Part shown: one piece after another, positions 9,356 through 18,700 of the stretch | Position numbering within the stretch: position 1 is the stretch's first letter | Layout of the letters: each line of letters starts with the position of its first letter | Origin: Bacteroidota bacterium | GTDB taxonomy: Bacteria > Bacteroidota > Bacteroidia > NS11-12g > UBA955 | NCBI GenBank assembly: GCA_016868535.1 | Contig: VGGQ01000003.1 | Coordinates: forward strand, 1 to 58,342 | Direction: 5' to 3' | DNA: 58,342 nt | Translations under genes and position numbers: made by a program | Notes under the pieces: model-generated | Told to the model about the DNA's origin: nothing | Databases searched by the model: none | What the model saw: only the letters and a program-made list of their open reading frames with translations

Positions 9356-11695
9356 TTAAAATACGACTCTGTAAAATCCTGACGGAATAAATGGGAAATA
9401 AGAAATACCATATGCTTCCACAGCCTGCCCTGCAGGCTGATCTACACGAACCAGCAGGGGATTGTTTCGCGAGGCTATGTTGTAAATGTTTACTCCATAA
9501 TACGAGCTGAAAGGCCTGTGCAGCTGAGGCTTAAGTTTTTTAGTGAATCCAAAATCAAAACGACTGTAGAAAGGCATCCGGAAATTGTTTTTTGCGGTGT
9601 AATCCAGCACCATCATGCCATCGGCAGATAAATATTGTCCGGTGGGAACAGTTACCGCATTTCCAGTCATCCATACTCCACCGAACTGAATGGTCCAGTT
9701 TTTATTGATGGCATAAACACCCTGAAAAGACATTTTATGCCTTCTGTCCCAGCGGAAAGGATAAGTTGCCCCAAAATTTATGTCCGCAATATTGCGATCG
9801 CTTCGGGACAATGTGTAACCAGCCATTCCGTTCAATCTACCTATTTTTTTAATCAATAAAAATTCTATACCATAAGCCCTGCCGGTTCCCTGCGCCAGCA
9901 CTCGCTCCCAGTATCGGGGTTCATAGTCATTTTCATCCTGTCCGGTAAGATCGGTGATGCCGTCAAAGGATTTCAGATACAGTTCCATATTAAATTCCAG
10001 ACCTTTTTTCCATGGTTGATAAAACCCGCCTGTAATTTGTATAGTTCGCTGGGGACGAATATTTCCACCTGTAGGAAACCAGATATCACCAGGCAAATTG
10101 GCATTTACGCTGCTAAGCCTGTGCACACCTTGGTTGGCAATACTAAACCCAAGTTTTAATGCTTTCTGGTCCTGCAAAATCTGACTTATTAGAATGCGTG
10201 GCTCCGGACATATCCAGGTTTTCCCATTACCCGCGAATGACCAGATACGACCGCCAAGATTCACTTTCAGACCGGCTCCAAGATTTTTTTCATATTCACC
10301 ATAGACACTCACCTCCGGCGACATACTCTTATTGTCGAGCCCAAAAGTGGTATCCAAACCTGTTGCGCCTGCGCTACTCAAGGAAATATACAGTATTGAA
10401 GGATTGAATGAATGTAAAACTATTTCTCCGCCGTACCTCAGGTGTGTATTACTTCTAAGCCGATATTCGAGATTTGCTTTTCCAATTAGATTGGTTATTG
10501 CATTGGCATTTTCAGTTTTAATGCCAAATGATGAAAAAGAAGTGTCCGACTTAATGCTGCTTCCTATTTCAAAAGGAACGCGGTATGTCGCACGGGTCAT
10601 TCCCAGCATAAAATTGCCGTAATGTCTGTTGTTAATCTTCTTTGCCCAGTTAATTCCAAAAAGGTTGTTTTGCCAGTTAAAACCCAGTTTAAGGTTAAAT
10701 TCAATCTGCCTGTTCAGAGAATCAACGTCACTGGTACTGATTGCAGAAGCAAGCTTATCTCTTCCGCTGTATGCAAAAAAACTTAGCTTATTACGTTCAT
10801 TTATCCTCCATGTAACCTTTCCGTTTAGGTCGTATAAACTGTAGTATGCATATGCGTCCCCTTCTTTTGGCAAAATCATATCAAGCCAGGTGCGCCTTAA
10901 GCCGAAACTGCCGGTTACAGATCCACTGTTATTCAATGGGCCATTCGCAGCAACATTGAAAAGAAGCAAATCCTGGTTGTAGGACCCCTTCCAGGTTTTT
11001 CTGTTCCCTTCAGACATTCCAAAATCCAATACAGCACCAGCCCTACCCCCATAACGTGCCGGCGCCACACCCCTGTAAAATTCCGTATTACCGATAAGTT
11101 CAGGGTTGTACGAACTGAGAAAACCGAAAATATGGCCATTGCCGTAAATAGGTAGACCATCCATCATCATGAGATTCTGGTCGCTGTTACCACCCCTCAC
11201 ATACATTCCGCTCAGACCCTCAATCCCACCGGAAACCCCGGGTAAAAACTGCAACAGCTTTACCGGATCGGGAATGCTTAGCAGTGAATTCATCTGCAAT
11301 GTCTGCTTTCGTGTGGGGCTGACATGACCACTGCGTAAATCAAATATGGCGTGGTATTTATTCCAGGATGTATCATCTTTGTTTGCCTCCAACGGTGTTA
11401 GCTGAATATTGTAAGGTATTGATGAATAAACATCTTCCACCATTCTCAAAGCATAATATCCAGCTGCCGCAAAAAGCAATACATGTCTGCCGCTGCCGAC
11501 ACCCATATTGTAATATCCGTCTCTGTTTGAATATGTATATTGTAAGTCACTGCTATCTATTACCAGTGCATTCTCTATTCGTTCCCCCGTTTCCTTGTCC
11601 TCAATCCATCCGTAAATTCCCGGAATATTTTGTTGTCCCTGTAGAGTTTGAATAAACAGGAAACCCAGCAGCACTAAAGCCTCTCTTAAGTTCAT
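9356..11695 (-). CDS. TonB-dependent receptor with N-terminal carboxypeptidase-regulatory-like domain
   Basis: Signal peptide MNLREALVLLGFLF. GWIEDKETGERIENALV (CarboxypepD_reg). Plug motif VRGGNSDQNLMMMDGLPIY. Barrel ending in terminal F. Start moved to the ATG at 11695. Confidence 0.85.
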   Translation of the reverse strand: MNLREALVLLGFLFIQTLQGQQNIPGIYGWIEDKETGERIENALVIDSSDLQYTYSNRDGYYNMGVGSGRHVLLFAAAGYYALRMVEDVYSSIPYNIQLTPLEANKDDTSWNKYHAIFDLRSGHVSPTRKQTLQMNSLLSIPDPVKLLQFLPGVSGGIEGLSGMYVRGGNSDQNLMMMDGLPIYGNGHIFGFLSSYNPELIGNTEFYRGVAPARYGGRAGAVLDFGMSEGNRKTWKGSYNQDLLLFNVAANGPLNNSGSVTGSFGLRRTWLDMILPKEGDAYAYYSLYDLNGKVTWRINERNKLSFFAYSGRDKLASAISTSDVDSLNRQIEFNLKLGFNWQNNLFGINWAKKINNRHYGNFMLGMTRATYRVPFEIGSSIKSDTSFSSFGIKTENANAITNLIGKANLEYRLRSNTHLRYGGEIVLHSFNPSILYISLSSAGATGLDTTFGLDNKSMSPEVSVYGEYEKNLGAGLKVNLGGRIWSFAGNGKTWICPEPRILISQILQDQKALKLGFSIANQGVHRLSSVNANLPGDIWFPTGGNIRPQRTIQITGGFYQPWKKGLEFNMELYLKSFDGITDLTGQDENDYEPRYWERVLAQGTGRAYGIEFLLIKKIGRLNGMAGYTLSRSDRNIADINFGATYPFRWDRRHKMSFQGVYAINKNWTIQFGGVWMTGNAVTVPTGQYLSADGMMVLDYTAKNNFRMPFYSRFDFGFTKKLKPQLHRPFSSYYGVNIYNIASRNNPLLVRVDQPAGQAVEAYGISYFPFIPSGFYRVVF

Positions 11696-11733
11696 AATAC
11701 AAGTATCCAAAGTTAATTCTTATTGTTTACAAT

Positions 11734-12084
11734 TCAAGATGTATACTCAATTCCGCAACTTTTTGCCCGGTAACCATCATGAGGAATTTTTGGCTTTTCG
11801 ATACGAATATGAATATTCTCAATAGCTGTGGATGATTGGGAGTGGATCGCAGCAGCTATATCGGCCGCAAGGGTTTCCAGCAATTGTCGCTCCTTACATG
11901 CTTCCCGGTTTACTATATCCACCAACTGCGTGTAATCCAGCGTATGCTGAATATGATTTATATCAGGTGTATGATGAAGCTGCACTTTTACACTGATAAA
12001 AAGCTTTACCCCTGCTTTTCTCTCAAATTCATACACCCCTACCGGGCTTTGTACCTCCTGACTGTCTAAAAAAACAACAAACAT
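11734..12084 (-). CDS. folB: Dihydroneopterin aldolase
   Basis: MFVVFLDSQEV...GVYEFERKAGVKLFISVKV...LDYTQLVDIV is FolB-like and about 116 aa. The upstream 41 codons of the track ORF look spurious. Confidence 0.7.
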   Translation of the reverse strand: MFVVFLDSQEVQSPVGVYEFERKAGVKLFISVKVQLHHTPDINHIQHTLDYTQLVDIVNREACKERQLLETLAADIAAAIHSQSSTAIENIHIRIEKPKIPHDGYRAKSCGIEYTS

Positions 12085-12130
12085 TTTGCCAATGTAGTTA
12101 AGTATTGATGTACAAAAAAACGGAACGATG

Positions 12131-12138
12131 TACCTTTG
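12131..12138 (+). promoter_or_regulatory. Bacteroidota -7 promoter motif TAnnTTTG (TACCTTTG)
   Basis: Exact consensus match, 17 nt upstream of the ATG at 12155. Confidence 0.4.
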
Positions 12139-12154
12139 CAAACAAATAAACGAA

Positions 12155-13372
12155 ATGCAGGCACAAAATCTCGACGAACTGTACGCCTCTAACAGAGGAA
12201 AAGACAACTATCAGGCGCCCGACTTTATGGGTGTGGATGATTTGCTGACAGAAGAACAAAAACTTATTCGCGGATCGGTGAGAGATTGGGTAAAAAAGGA
12301 TCTTTCGCCCATTATTGAATACTATGCGCAGAGAGCCGAATTTCCGCACCATATTATACCAGGACTTGCAGGTGTTGGCGCTTTTGGTCCTCAGTTGCCT
12401 GCAGAGTATGGGTGCGGCGGCATGGACTACACCACCTACGGTATTATAATGATGGAGCTAGAAAGATGTGACAGCGGTATCAGAAGCACTGCCAGTGTGC
12501 AGGGCAGCCTGGTGATGTATCCCATTTATAAGTTTGGCAGCGAAGAACAAAAACGCAAATACCTGTCCAAGCTGGCATCCGGCGAAATGATGGGCTGTTT
12601 TGGCCTCTCCGAACCCGACCACGGAAGCAATCCAGGCGGTATGACCACAAACTTTAAAGACGCCGGCGATCATGTGATACTGAACGGAGCTAAAATGTGG
12701 ATTTCAAATTCGCCTTTTGCCGATGTAGCTGTTGTTTGGGCTAAAAATGAAGAGGGAAAAATTCACGGCCTAATCGTAGAACGTGGCATGGAGGGTTTTA
12801 CCACCCCCGAAACACACAACAAATGGAGTTTGAGGGCAAGCGCGACGGGAGAACTGGTTTTTAATGATGTAAAAGTTCCCAAGGAAAATATTTTACCCGG
12901 GGTGACCGGACTCAAAGGCCCCCTCACCTGCCTCAATAGCGCACGTTATGGCATAAGCTGGGGCGCCCTCGGCGCTGCAATGGATTGTTATGACACAGCT
13001 TTGCGATACAGCAAACAAAGACAGCAGTTTGGTCGCCCAATTGCCGGTTTTCAGCTGCAGCAAAAGAAGCTTGCAGAGATGATTACGGGTATAACCAAAG
13101 CGCAGCTGCTTGTATGGCGTCTGGGACAACTCATGGATGCCGGAAAAGCAACACCTGCCCAAATTTCCATGGCCAAGCGAAATAACGTGGAAATTGCGCT
13201 GAACATAGCCCGCGAAGCCCGACAAATGCTGGGTGGCATGGGCATTACCGGTGAGTATCCCATTATGCGCCACATGGCCAATCTGGAGAGCGTGGTAACC
13301 TACGAAGGTACACACGACATCCACCTGCTTATTCTGGGACACGAAATCACGGGAGAAAACGCATTTACATAA
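12155..13372 (+). CDS. Acyl-CoA dehydrogenase, glutaryl-CoA dehydrogenase-like
   Basis: DDLLTEEQKLIRGSVRDWV, FGLSEPDHGSNPGGM, YEGTHDIHLLILG. Start placed at the ATG downstream of the promoter motif. Confidence 0.85.
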   Translation: MQAQNLDELYASNRGKDNYQAPDFMGVDDLLTEEQKLIRGSVRDWVKKDLSPIIEYYAQRAEFPHHIIPGLAGVGAFGPQLPAEYGCGGMDYTTYGIIMMELERCDSGIRSTASVQGSLVMYPIYKFGSEEQKRKYLSKLASGEMMGCFGLSEPDHGSNPGGMTTNFKDAGDHVILNGAKMWISNSPFADVAVVWAKNEEGKIHGLIVERGMEGFTTPETHNKWSLRASATGELVFNDVKVPKENILPGVTGLKGPLTCLNSARYGISWGALGAAMDCYDTALRYSKQRQQFGRPIAGFQLQQKKLAEMITGITKAQLLVWRLGQLMDAGKATPAQISMAKRNNVEIALNIAREARQMLGGMGITGEYPIMRHMANLESVVTYEGTHDIHLLILGHEITGENAFT

Positions 13373-13381
13373 TAGACGGTA

Positions 13382-14482
13382 TTGTTGTCGGTAAAACCAT
13401 ATCGCAGCTTTTGTTTTATTGCGGTTCTGCTGGCTACCGAGGTTTCCGGCTATACCAACAAACCGGTACGGGTCAATCTCAACATCAACCGGCAAAGTGA
13501 TTCCATGGGATTTAACATAGTGTACGAATTACAAAACCATTTCTATAAGCAAATAATAGCAGGCACACTCAAGCTGTGGGATTCTCCGCAAAAAAATATT
13601 CGTATTTCTCCCAGTGCCTTGCAGGCAATTGAACAATCATCCGACATGCGCTTCAACAAAACAGCCAATGTTTTCTTTCACGAATTCTGGAGCAGTGGCA
13701 GAAATAAAACATCTTTCACCATAGTGGGCATTTCGTTTATTAATGACGGCAGTAAGGGGAAAATAAGTTACGGCAATCTAGACCTGAAAGAAAGTTGGAA
13801 TATCCTATCCTCAATAATACTGGAATGCAATGTTAATGGGCCCTCTGAAATCAAGCTTACCGATGCCTTGTACAGCCGCAATTACAATTTCAATGTAGTT
13901 CAGTTTGGTAAGCAAAAGTTTACCAAAAAACCAGAAAAATCAATCCGCATCAGAGATAAAGCTTTTTACGCCGAACGGGAAATCGAAGGTTTGTTTGCCA
14001 TCCCTCAAACCAAAGATGTTTATTATAAATTAGTAGCCCATAGCGAAGATGCCGATGATTCGGGTAATATGATTGTGTCAAATATTCAGAGGTTTCTAAA
14101 TGAGAATAAAGATGTTTTTTTCAATATTGGCGGTGATAAGTATTATGACTACAAAACACTAAAAACAGATGTACTGGTTACCGGGATAGAATTTCATGAA
14201 GAGTGGAAACAGCTTTCCAAAGGTATACGGTATGAGGTTAAGGAGGTTGTGATTTACATAAACAACAAACCCCTGAAAAGCATTGCTGCAGACATAATAT
14301 ACGGATGGGAATTGCTCCATCGTTTTAAAACGATGGAAGTTTTAGTTCAGGAGAAGTCATATGACATAATTCTTACACGCATTAAAAGCACATTAATTCC
14401 CGAATGGGATTCACACAAATATCTGAAGGTACTGAATGTATGTAAATGGTCTCAGGTAAGCCGATATGTTCAATTCTATTAA
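13382..14482 (+). CDS. Hypothetical exported protein
   Basis: Long ORF with a hydrophobic N-terminus (FCFIAVLLATEVSG). TTG start is uncertain. No motif I can name with confidence. Confidence 0.45.
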   Translation: MLSVKPYRSFCFIAVLLATEVSGYTNKPVRVNLNINRQSDSMGFNIVYELQNHFYKQIIAGTLKLWDSPQKNIRISPSALQAIEQSSDMRFNKTANVFFHEFWSSGRNKTSFTIVGISFINDGSKGKISYGNLDLKESWNILSSIILECNVNGPSEIKLTDALYSRNYNFNVVQFGKQKFTKKPEKSIRIRDKAFYAEREIEGLFAIPQTKDVYYKLVAHSEDADDSGNMIVSNIQRFLNENKDVFFNIGGDKYYDYKTLKTDVLVTGIEFHEEWKQLSKGIRYEVKEVVIYINNKPLKSIAADIIYGWELLHRFKTMEVLVQEKSYDIILTRIKSTLIPEWDSHKYLKVLNVCKWSQVSRYVQFY

Positions 14483-14500
14483 ATACCCCGCATTACAAGT

Positions 14501-15901
14501 ATGTATAAAATCAAATTTGGAACCGATGGATGGCGCGAAATTATTGCCGACCAATTTACTTCTGCCAATGTTCGTAAAGTGGCCATGGCTACCGCCAAAT
14601 GGCTTCAAAAGTTGTCTGTTAAGCCGGTCTGTGTAGTGGGACATGACTGCCGGTTTGGAGGTGAAATGTTTGCAGAAGAAACCGCACGTATTCTGGCCTC
14701 TCAGGGTGTAAAGGTGCATTTGGCAAATGGCATAGTAAGCACCCCCATGGTGAGCTTGGGGGCTAATAAGCTCAATGCGCATGCTGGTGTTATCATAACA
14801 GCCAGCCACAACCCTCCTACTTACAATGGTTATAAAATAAAAGCGGGATATGGTGGACCTGCCACACAGTCAGTGATTGATGAAGTTGAGGGTTATATTG
14901 GTGACAGGGAAATTTCCCCGGCACTTCCCTTGAAGCATTATGAAAAGATGGGTGAAATTCAATGGGTTGACCTTGAAACAATGTATCTGGATCATGTGCA
15001 CAGCCACTTTGATGTGGAAGCGTTGAAGTCCATTTCATCTGGTCTTTTATATGATGCCATGTATGGTGCAGGCCAAAACGTAATTAAAAAACTGTTTCCC
15101 GAAGCCACATTGCTGCATGCCATCCACAATCCAGGATTCGAAGGCCGTGCGCCTGAGCCAATTTTGAAAAACCTGACTGAAATCTCAAAAATGATTGAAA
15201 AAGATGACAGTTTTGTGTGTGGCCTAGCCACCGATGGCGATGCAGACAGAATTGGCTTTTTTGATGAAAAGGGCCGGTTTGTGGACAGCCACCATTTGAT
15301 TTTGCTGTTGATTAACTATCTTACAGAATACAAAGGCTTTACGGGCAAGGTAGTGAAAAGTTTTAGCGTAAGCGACAAGGTGGAACAACTGTGTAAAATA
15401 AAAGGTCTTGAAAGTATTACTACCAAAATCGGTTTCAAATACATTTGTGAGTATATGTTAACCAATGACGTGCTTATCGGTGCTGAGGAAAGCGGTGGTA
15501 TTGCCATAAAAGGGCATATACCCGAAAGAGATGGAATATGGATAGGCCTGGTATTGCTGGAGTATATGGCTAAAACCGGTAAAAGCATATCAGCGCTCAT
15601 CTCAGATATTTACAGTTCCATTGGATCGTTTGCCGTAGAACGGTATGACCTGCACTTAGATCCTGAAACCAAAGACAATATTGTAAATCAATGCAAGGCG
15701 GGTGATTACGCCACATTTGGCAGCTATATAGTGCAATCCATTGAAGATATCGATGGTTTTAAGTTTCGTCTCGGTGATGCAGGCTGGGTTTTAATACGCC
15801 CCAGCGGCACCGAACCCGTACTCAGGGTCTATGCGGAATCCGTGAATTCATCTGCCGCATTTTCTATATTGGATGCTGTTAAAAATGCGATATTAAACTA
15901 A
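14501..15901 (+). CDS. Phosphoglucomutase/phosphomannomutase (alpha-D-phosphohexomutase)
   Basis: Active-site loop TASHNPPTYNGYKIK. Metal loop ATDGDADRIG. GAEESGG sugar loop. Confidence 0.85.
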   Translation: MYKIKFGTDGWREIIADQFTSANVRKVAMATAKWLQKLSVKPVCVVGHDCRFGGEMFAEETARILASQGVKVHLANGIVSTPMVSLGANKLNAHAGVIITASHNPPTYNGYKIKAGYGGPATQSVIDEVEGYIGDREISPALPLKHYEKMGEIQWVDLETMYLDHVHSHFDVEALKSISSGLLYDAMYGAGQNVIKKLFPEATLLHAIHNPGFEGRAPEPILKNLTEISKMIEKDDSFVCGLATDGDADRIGFFDEKGRFVDSHHLILLLINYLTEYKGFTGKVVKSFSVSDKVEQLCKIKGLESITTKIGFKYICEYMLTNDVLIGAEESGGIAIKGHIPERDGIWIGLVLLEYMAKTGKSISALISDIYSSIGSFAVERYDLHLDPETKDNIVNQCKAGDYATFGSYIVQSIEDIDGFKFRLGDAGWVLIRPSGTEPVLRVYAESVNSSAAFSILDAVKNAILN

Positions 15902-16825
15902 TTGATTAATAATCGTAAAATATTATTATACAACATATTAATAATATTTATATCAACCAATAGTTTATATTCAAAAGATAGCTCTTACCAACTTCAAAAA
16001 CGCCGTCACAAAACATGGTTTGTATTGAGTGCAGCCACCGTGGGAACACATGCGGTTTTATATAATACCTGGTATAAAAATGAACCCCAAAGTTCTTTTC
16101 ACTGGATTAATGACAACCGAGACTGGAAGCAAGTTGACAAGGCCGGGCATGTGTTTGGAGCCTATTTCTCTGCCACAGCCGCTTCGGCTGCATTTCGTTA
16201 TTCCGGATACAATACTAAAAAAAGTGTGCTGCTGGGCATTGGTTTTAGCCTTGCTTTTCAAATGCCTGTTGAGTGCTTTGACGGAAAAAGCAGCGCATGG
16301 GGAGGCAGCAAAGGCGATATGTTAGCCAATGCAACTGGCACACTGGCCGCAGGCTTGCAAAATTGGTTTTGGGGCAAACCAAGAATTCCCATTCACGTCA
16401 CATTTCACAAATCGCCTTATGCCAACTTTAGGCCCAACTTGCTGGGAAGCATTGTTCCTGAAAGAATACTGAAAGACTACAACGGACAAACTTACTGGAT
16501 TGATTTAAACCCTGAGAGAATGAAAATCAGACCTGCAAAATGGCCTCGTTGGCTTGGCGTAAATCTTGGTTATGGCGCTGAAGGTATGTTAGGCGGGGAC
16601 GATAATGTGTGGACAGGATCGGATGGCAATATTCAGGATTTCAGCCATATAAACAGGTACAGGCAATACTATATTGGACCCAGTATTTCTTTTGGCCATC
16701 TAAAAAAACACTCTAAAAAAGCCATTAGAATTATAGCGCATATTACCGATAAAATAAGGATGCCATTACCTGTTATCGAATACAATGGCAACAAAAAATG
16801 GGGATTTCATCCGCTTTACTGGTAA
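15902..16825 (+). CDS. DUF2279-like exported protein
   Basis: N-terminal signal-like segment. WYKNEPQSSFHWINDNRDWKQVDKAGHVFGAYF resembles DUF2279. TTG start lies immediately after the upstream stop. Confidence 0.45.
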   Translation: MINNRKILLYNILIIFISTNSLYSKDSSYQLQKRRHKTWFVLSAATVGTHAVLYNTWYKNEPQSSFHWINDNRDWKQVDKAGHVFGAYFSATAASAAFRYSGYNTKKSVLLGIGFSLAFQMPVECFDGKSSAWGGSKGDMLANATGTLAAGLQNWFWGKPRIPIHVTFHKSPYANFRPNLLGSIVPERILKDYNGQTYWIDLNPERMKIRPAKWPRWLGVNLGYGAEGMLGGDDNVWTGSDGNIQDFSHINRYRQYYIGPSISFGHLKKHSKKAIRIIAHITDKIRMPLPVIEYNGNKKWGFHPLYW

Positions 16826-16857
16826 TATGGTGCGCTATTGATTAACATTGCAGGCTG

Positions 16858-17712
16858 ATGAATAAGCCAGTGCAAATAGATACAGAAAAGATTTTCAGGG
16901 ATAAAAACCCGCGACTGGCAAGGCTCATGCCCGGATTTTTTTTTCAATGGATAAGAAAAACACTCCACGAGTCAGAGATTAACAACTTCTTGCGCGAAGA
17001 AAATTCCACTACTGGAGTAGCATTTGCTTGCAACATACTTGAGGCATTTGGCGTGCGTCATGATAGCGACGGCCATGAGCAAATACCCATAGCAGGTGGT
17101 GCCATAGTAGCCGCCAATCATCCACTGGGCGGAATGGATGGCATGATTTTACTCTGTCAGGCAGCGCGTGCAAGGCAGGATATAAGTTTTATAGTGAACG
17201 ACATACTGCTAAGCTTTCCCCAATTTAATGACGTCTTTATTGGGGTTAACAAAACAGGAATTAAGGGACGCGAGCAACTAAAGAAAATTGAAGAGATATA
17301 TGCCTCAAACTGTTTGGTAATGATTTTTCCCGCAGGATTGTGCTCACGACGCTCCAAAGGCATTGTAAAAGACCTTGAATGGAATAAAGCATTCATAAGC
17401 AGGGCCGTTAAATATGAAAAACCCATTATACCTGCGCACATTTCGGGACAAAATTCAAATTGGTTTTATAACTTCGCGAATTTCAGAAAGCGTCTGGGTC
17501 TAAAAGCAAACCTTGAAATGTTCTATCTTGCTGATGAAATGTTCAAGCAGAAGGATAAAGATATTCATGTCCGCTTTGGCCAACCTATCCCCCATACTGT
17601 TTTCGATAGCCGCCACAGCCAGCAAAGATGGGCACAACTTCTGAGAGATTATGTCTATACACTTAGAAACTACCCCACCGATTTTGAAACCTTTGTTGCC
17701 AAAATTTCGTAG
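16858..17712 (+). CDS. Lysophospholipid/PlsC-type O-acyltransferase (GlsA/OlsA-like)
   Basis: Acyltransferase HX4D variant ANHPLGGMDGM and FPAGLCSRR block. Adjacent to an OlsB/GlsB-like N-acyltransferase. Confidence 0.65.
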   Translation: MNKPVQIDTEKIFRDKNPRLARLMPGFFFQWIRKTLHESEINNFLREENSTTGVAFACNILEAFGVRHDSDGHEQIPIAGGAIVAANHPLGGMDGMILLCQAARARQDISFIVNDILLSFPQFNDVFIGVNKTGIKGREQLKKIEEIYASNCLVMIFPAGLCSRRSKGIVKDLEWNKAFISRAVKYEKPIIPAHISGQNSNWFYNFANFRKRLGLKANLEMFYLADEMFKQKDKDIHVRFGQPIPHTVFDSRHSQQRWAQLLRDYVYTLRNYPTDFETFVAKIS

Positions 17713-17746
17713 CCGTTTGGTATTTTTTTTTAAACTTGCAAACAAG

Positions 17747-18700
17747 ATGCTGCCAATCATTGATAAAGAGCCCGAAGAAAACCTGCTGGGAGAACTGACA
17801 GAAGATATTTTTGTAAGGCCAACCAACAACATCGGCAATCATATCTACATTTTTGACGGAAATCTCAAACCCGCCCTAATGCGTGAAATAGGGCGCCTTA
17901 GAGAATGGAGTTTCCGCAAAGCTGGCGGAGGCAGTGGGAAATCTGCCGACATAGACGAATTTGACGAAGGAGATAGGGCCTATAAGCAATTGATAGTTTG
18001 GAACCCAGAAGATAAGGAAATTGTGGGTGGTTACCGCTTTCAGGTTTGTGAGGAAGCAAGGAGAGAGGACGGCAGTTTTCGTCTCAGCACTACCGAAATA
18101 TTTGAATTCAGCGACACTTTAAAAAAGCATTATTTCCCTTTCACCATAGAACTGGGCAGAAGTTTTGTTCAGCCTCAGTATCAGCCCAGTGCTGAAAACC
18201 GGCAAGGACTTTTTTCACTGGATAATCTATGGGACGGTCTTGGAGCACTTGTTGTAATCTATCCACACATACGTTACTTCTTCGGCAAGGTTACCATGTA
18301 TACCCATTTTAACCCAACCGCCAGAGACCTGATCCTTTGTTTCATGCATCATTACTTCCCGGACAGAGAAAACCTGGTAAAAGTACCAAATCAGGTAATA
18401 AACAAAACTGACTGCAGTAAATTCCTTGCCGAAATCTCAACCCTACCATACAAAGACGGTCATCGTATTTTGAATCAGAAGGTAAGGGAACTTGGCGAGA
18501 ACATTCCGCCGCTGTTTAACTCATATATGAATCTGAGTCCTACTATGCGCACTTTTGGCACCGCCATCAACCATCACTTTGGTGATGTTGAGGAAACCGG
18601 TATTATGGTAAATATTGAGGATATTTATCCTTCAAAAAAAGACAGGCATATTAAATCATACCTCGACTACTTGTCCGGCCCTATGGATGCTGAACAATAA
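17747..18700 (+). CDS. GNAT-fold N-acyltransferase of the OlsB/GlsB (hemolysin-like) type
   Basis: LMREIGRLREWSFRKAGGGSGKSADIDEFD...YKQLIVWNPEDKEIVGGYRF is typical of N-acyl amino-acid synthases. Start moved to the ATG at 17747. Confidence 0.6.
   Translation: MLPIIDKEPEENLLGELTEDIFVRPTNNIGNHIYIFDGNLKPALMREIGRLREWSFRKAGGGSGKSADIDEFDEGDRAYKQLIVWNPEDKEIVGGYRFQVCEEARREDGSFRLSTTEIFEFSDTLKKHYFPFTIELGRSFVQPQYQPSAENRQGLFSLDNLWDGLGALVVIYPHIRYFFGKVTMYTHFNPTARDLILCFMHHYFPDRENLVKVPNQVINKTDCSKFLAEISTLPYKDGHRILNQKVRELGENIPPLFNSYMNLSPTMRTFGTAINHHFGDVEETGIMVNIEDIYPSKKDRHIKSYLDYLSGPMDAEQ

Noticed and set aside
12085-12207. 41-codon N-terminal extension of folB in the ORF track, and likewise 17651-17746 for the N-acyltransferase and 45164-45199 for ftsY
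   Set aside because: The extensions run through the divergent promoter, the preceding gene or the terminator hairpin, and they add residues not typical of the family. The internal ATGs give canonical N-termini.
18681-18700. 20-nt overlap of convergent genes (N-acyltransferase and S8 peptidase), and a 4-nt overlap at 34895-34898 (mutS and the TonB-dependent receptor)
   Set aside because: Short convergent 3' overlaps are common in compact genomes. No hairpin or other structure is evident there.
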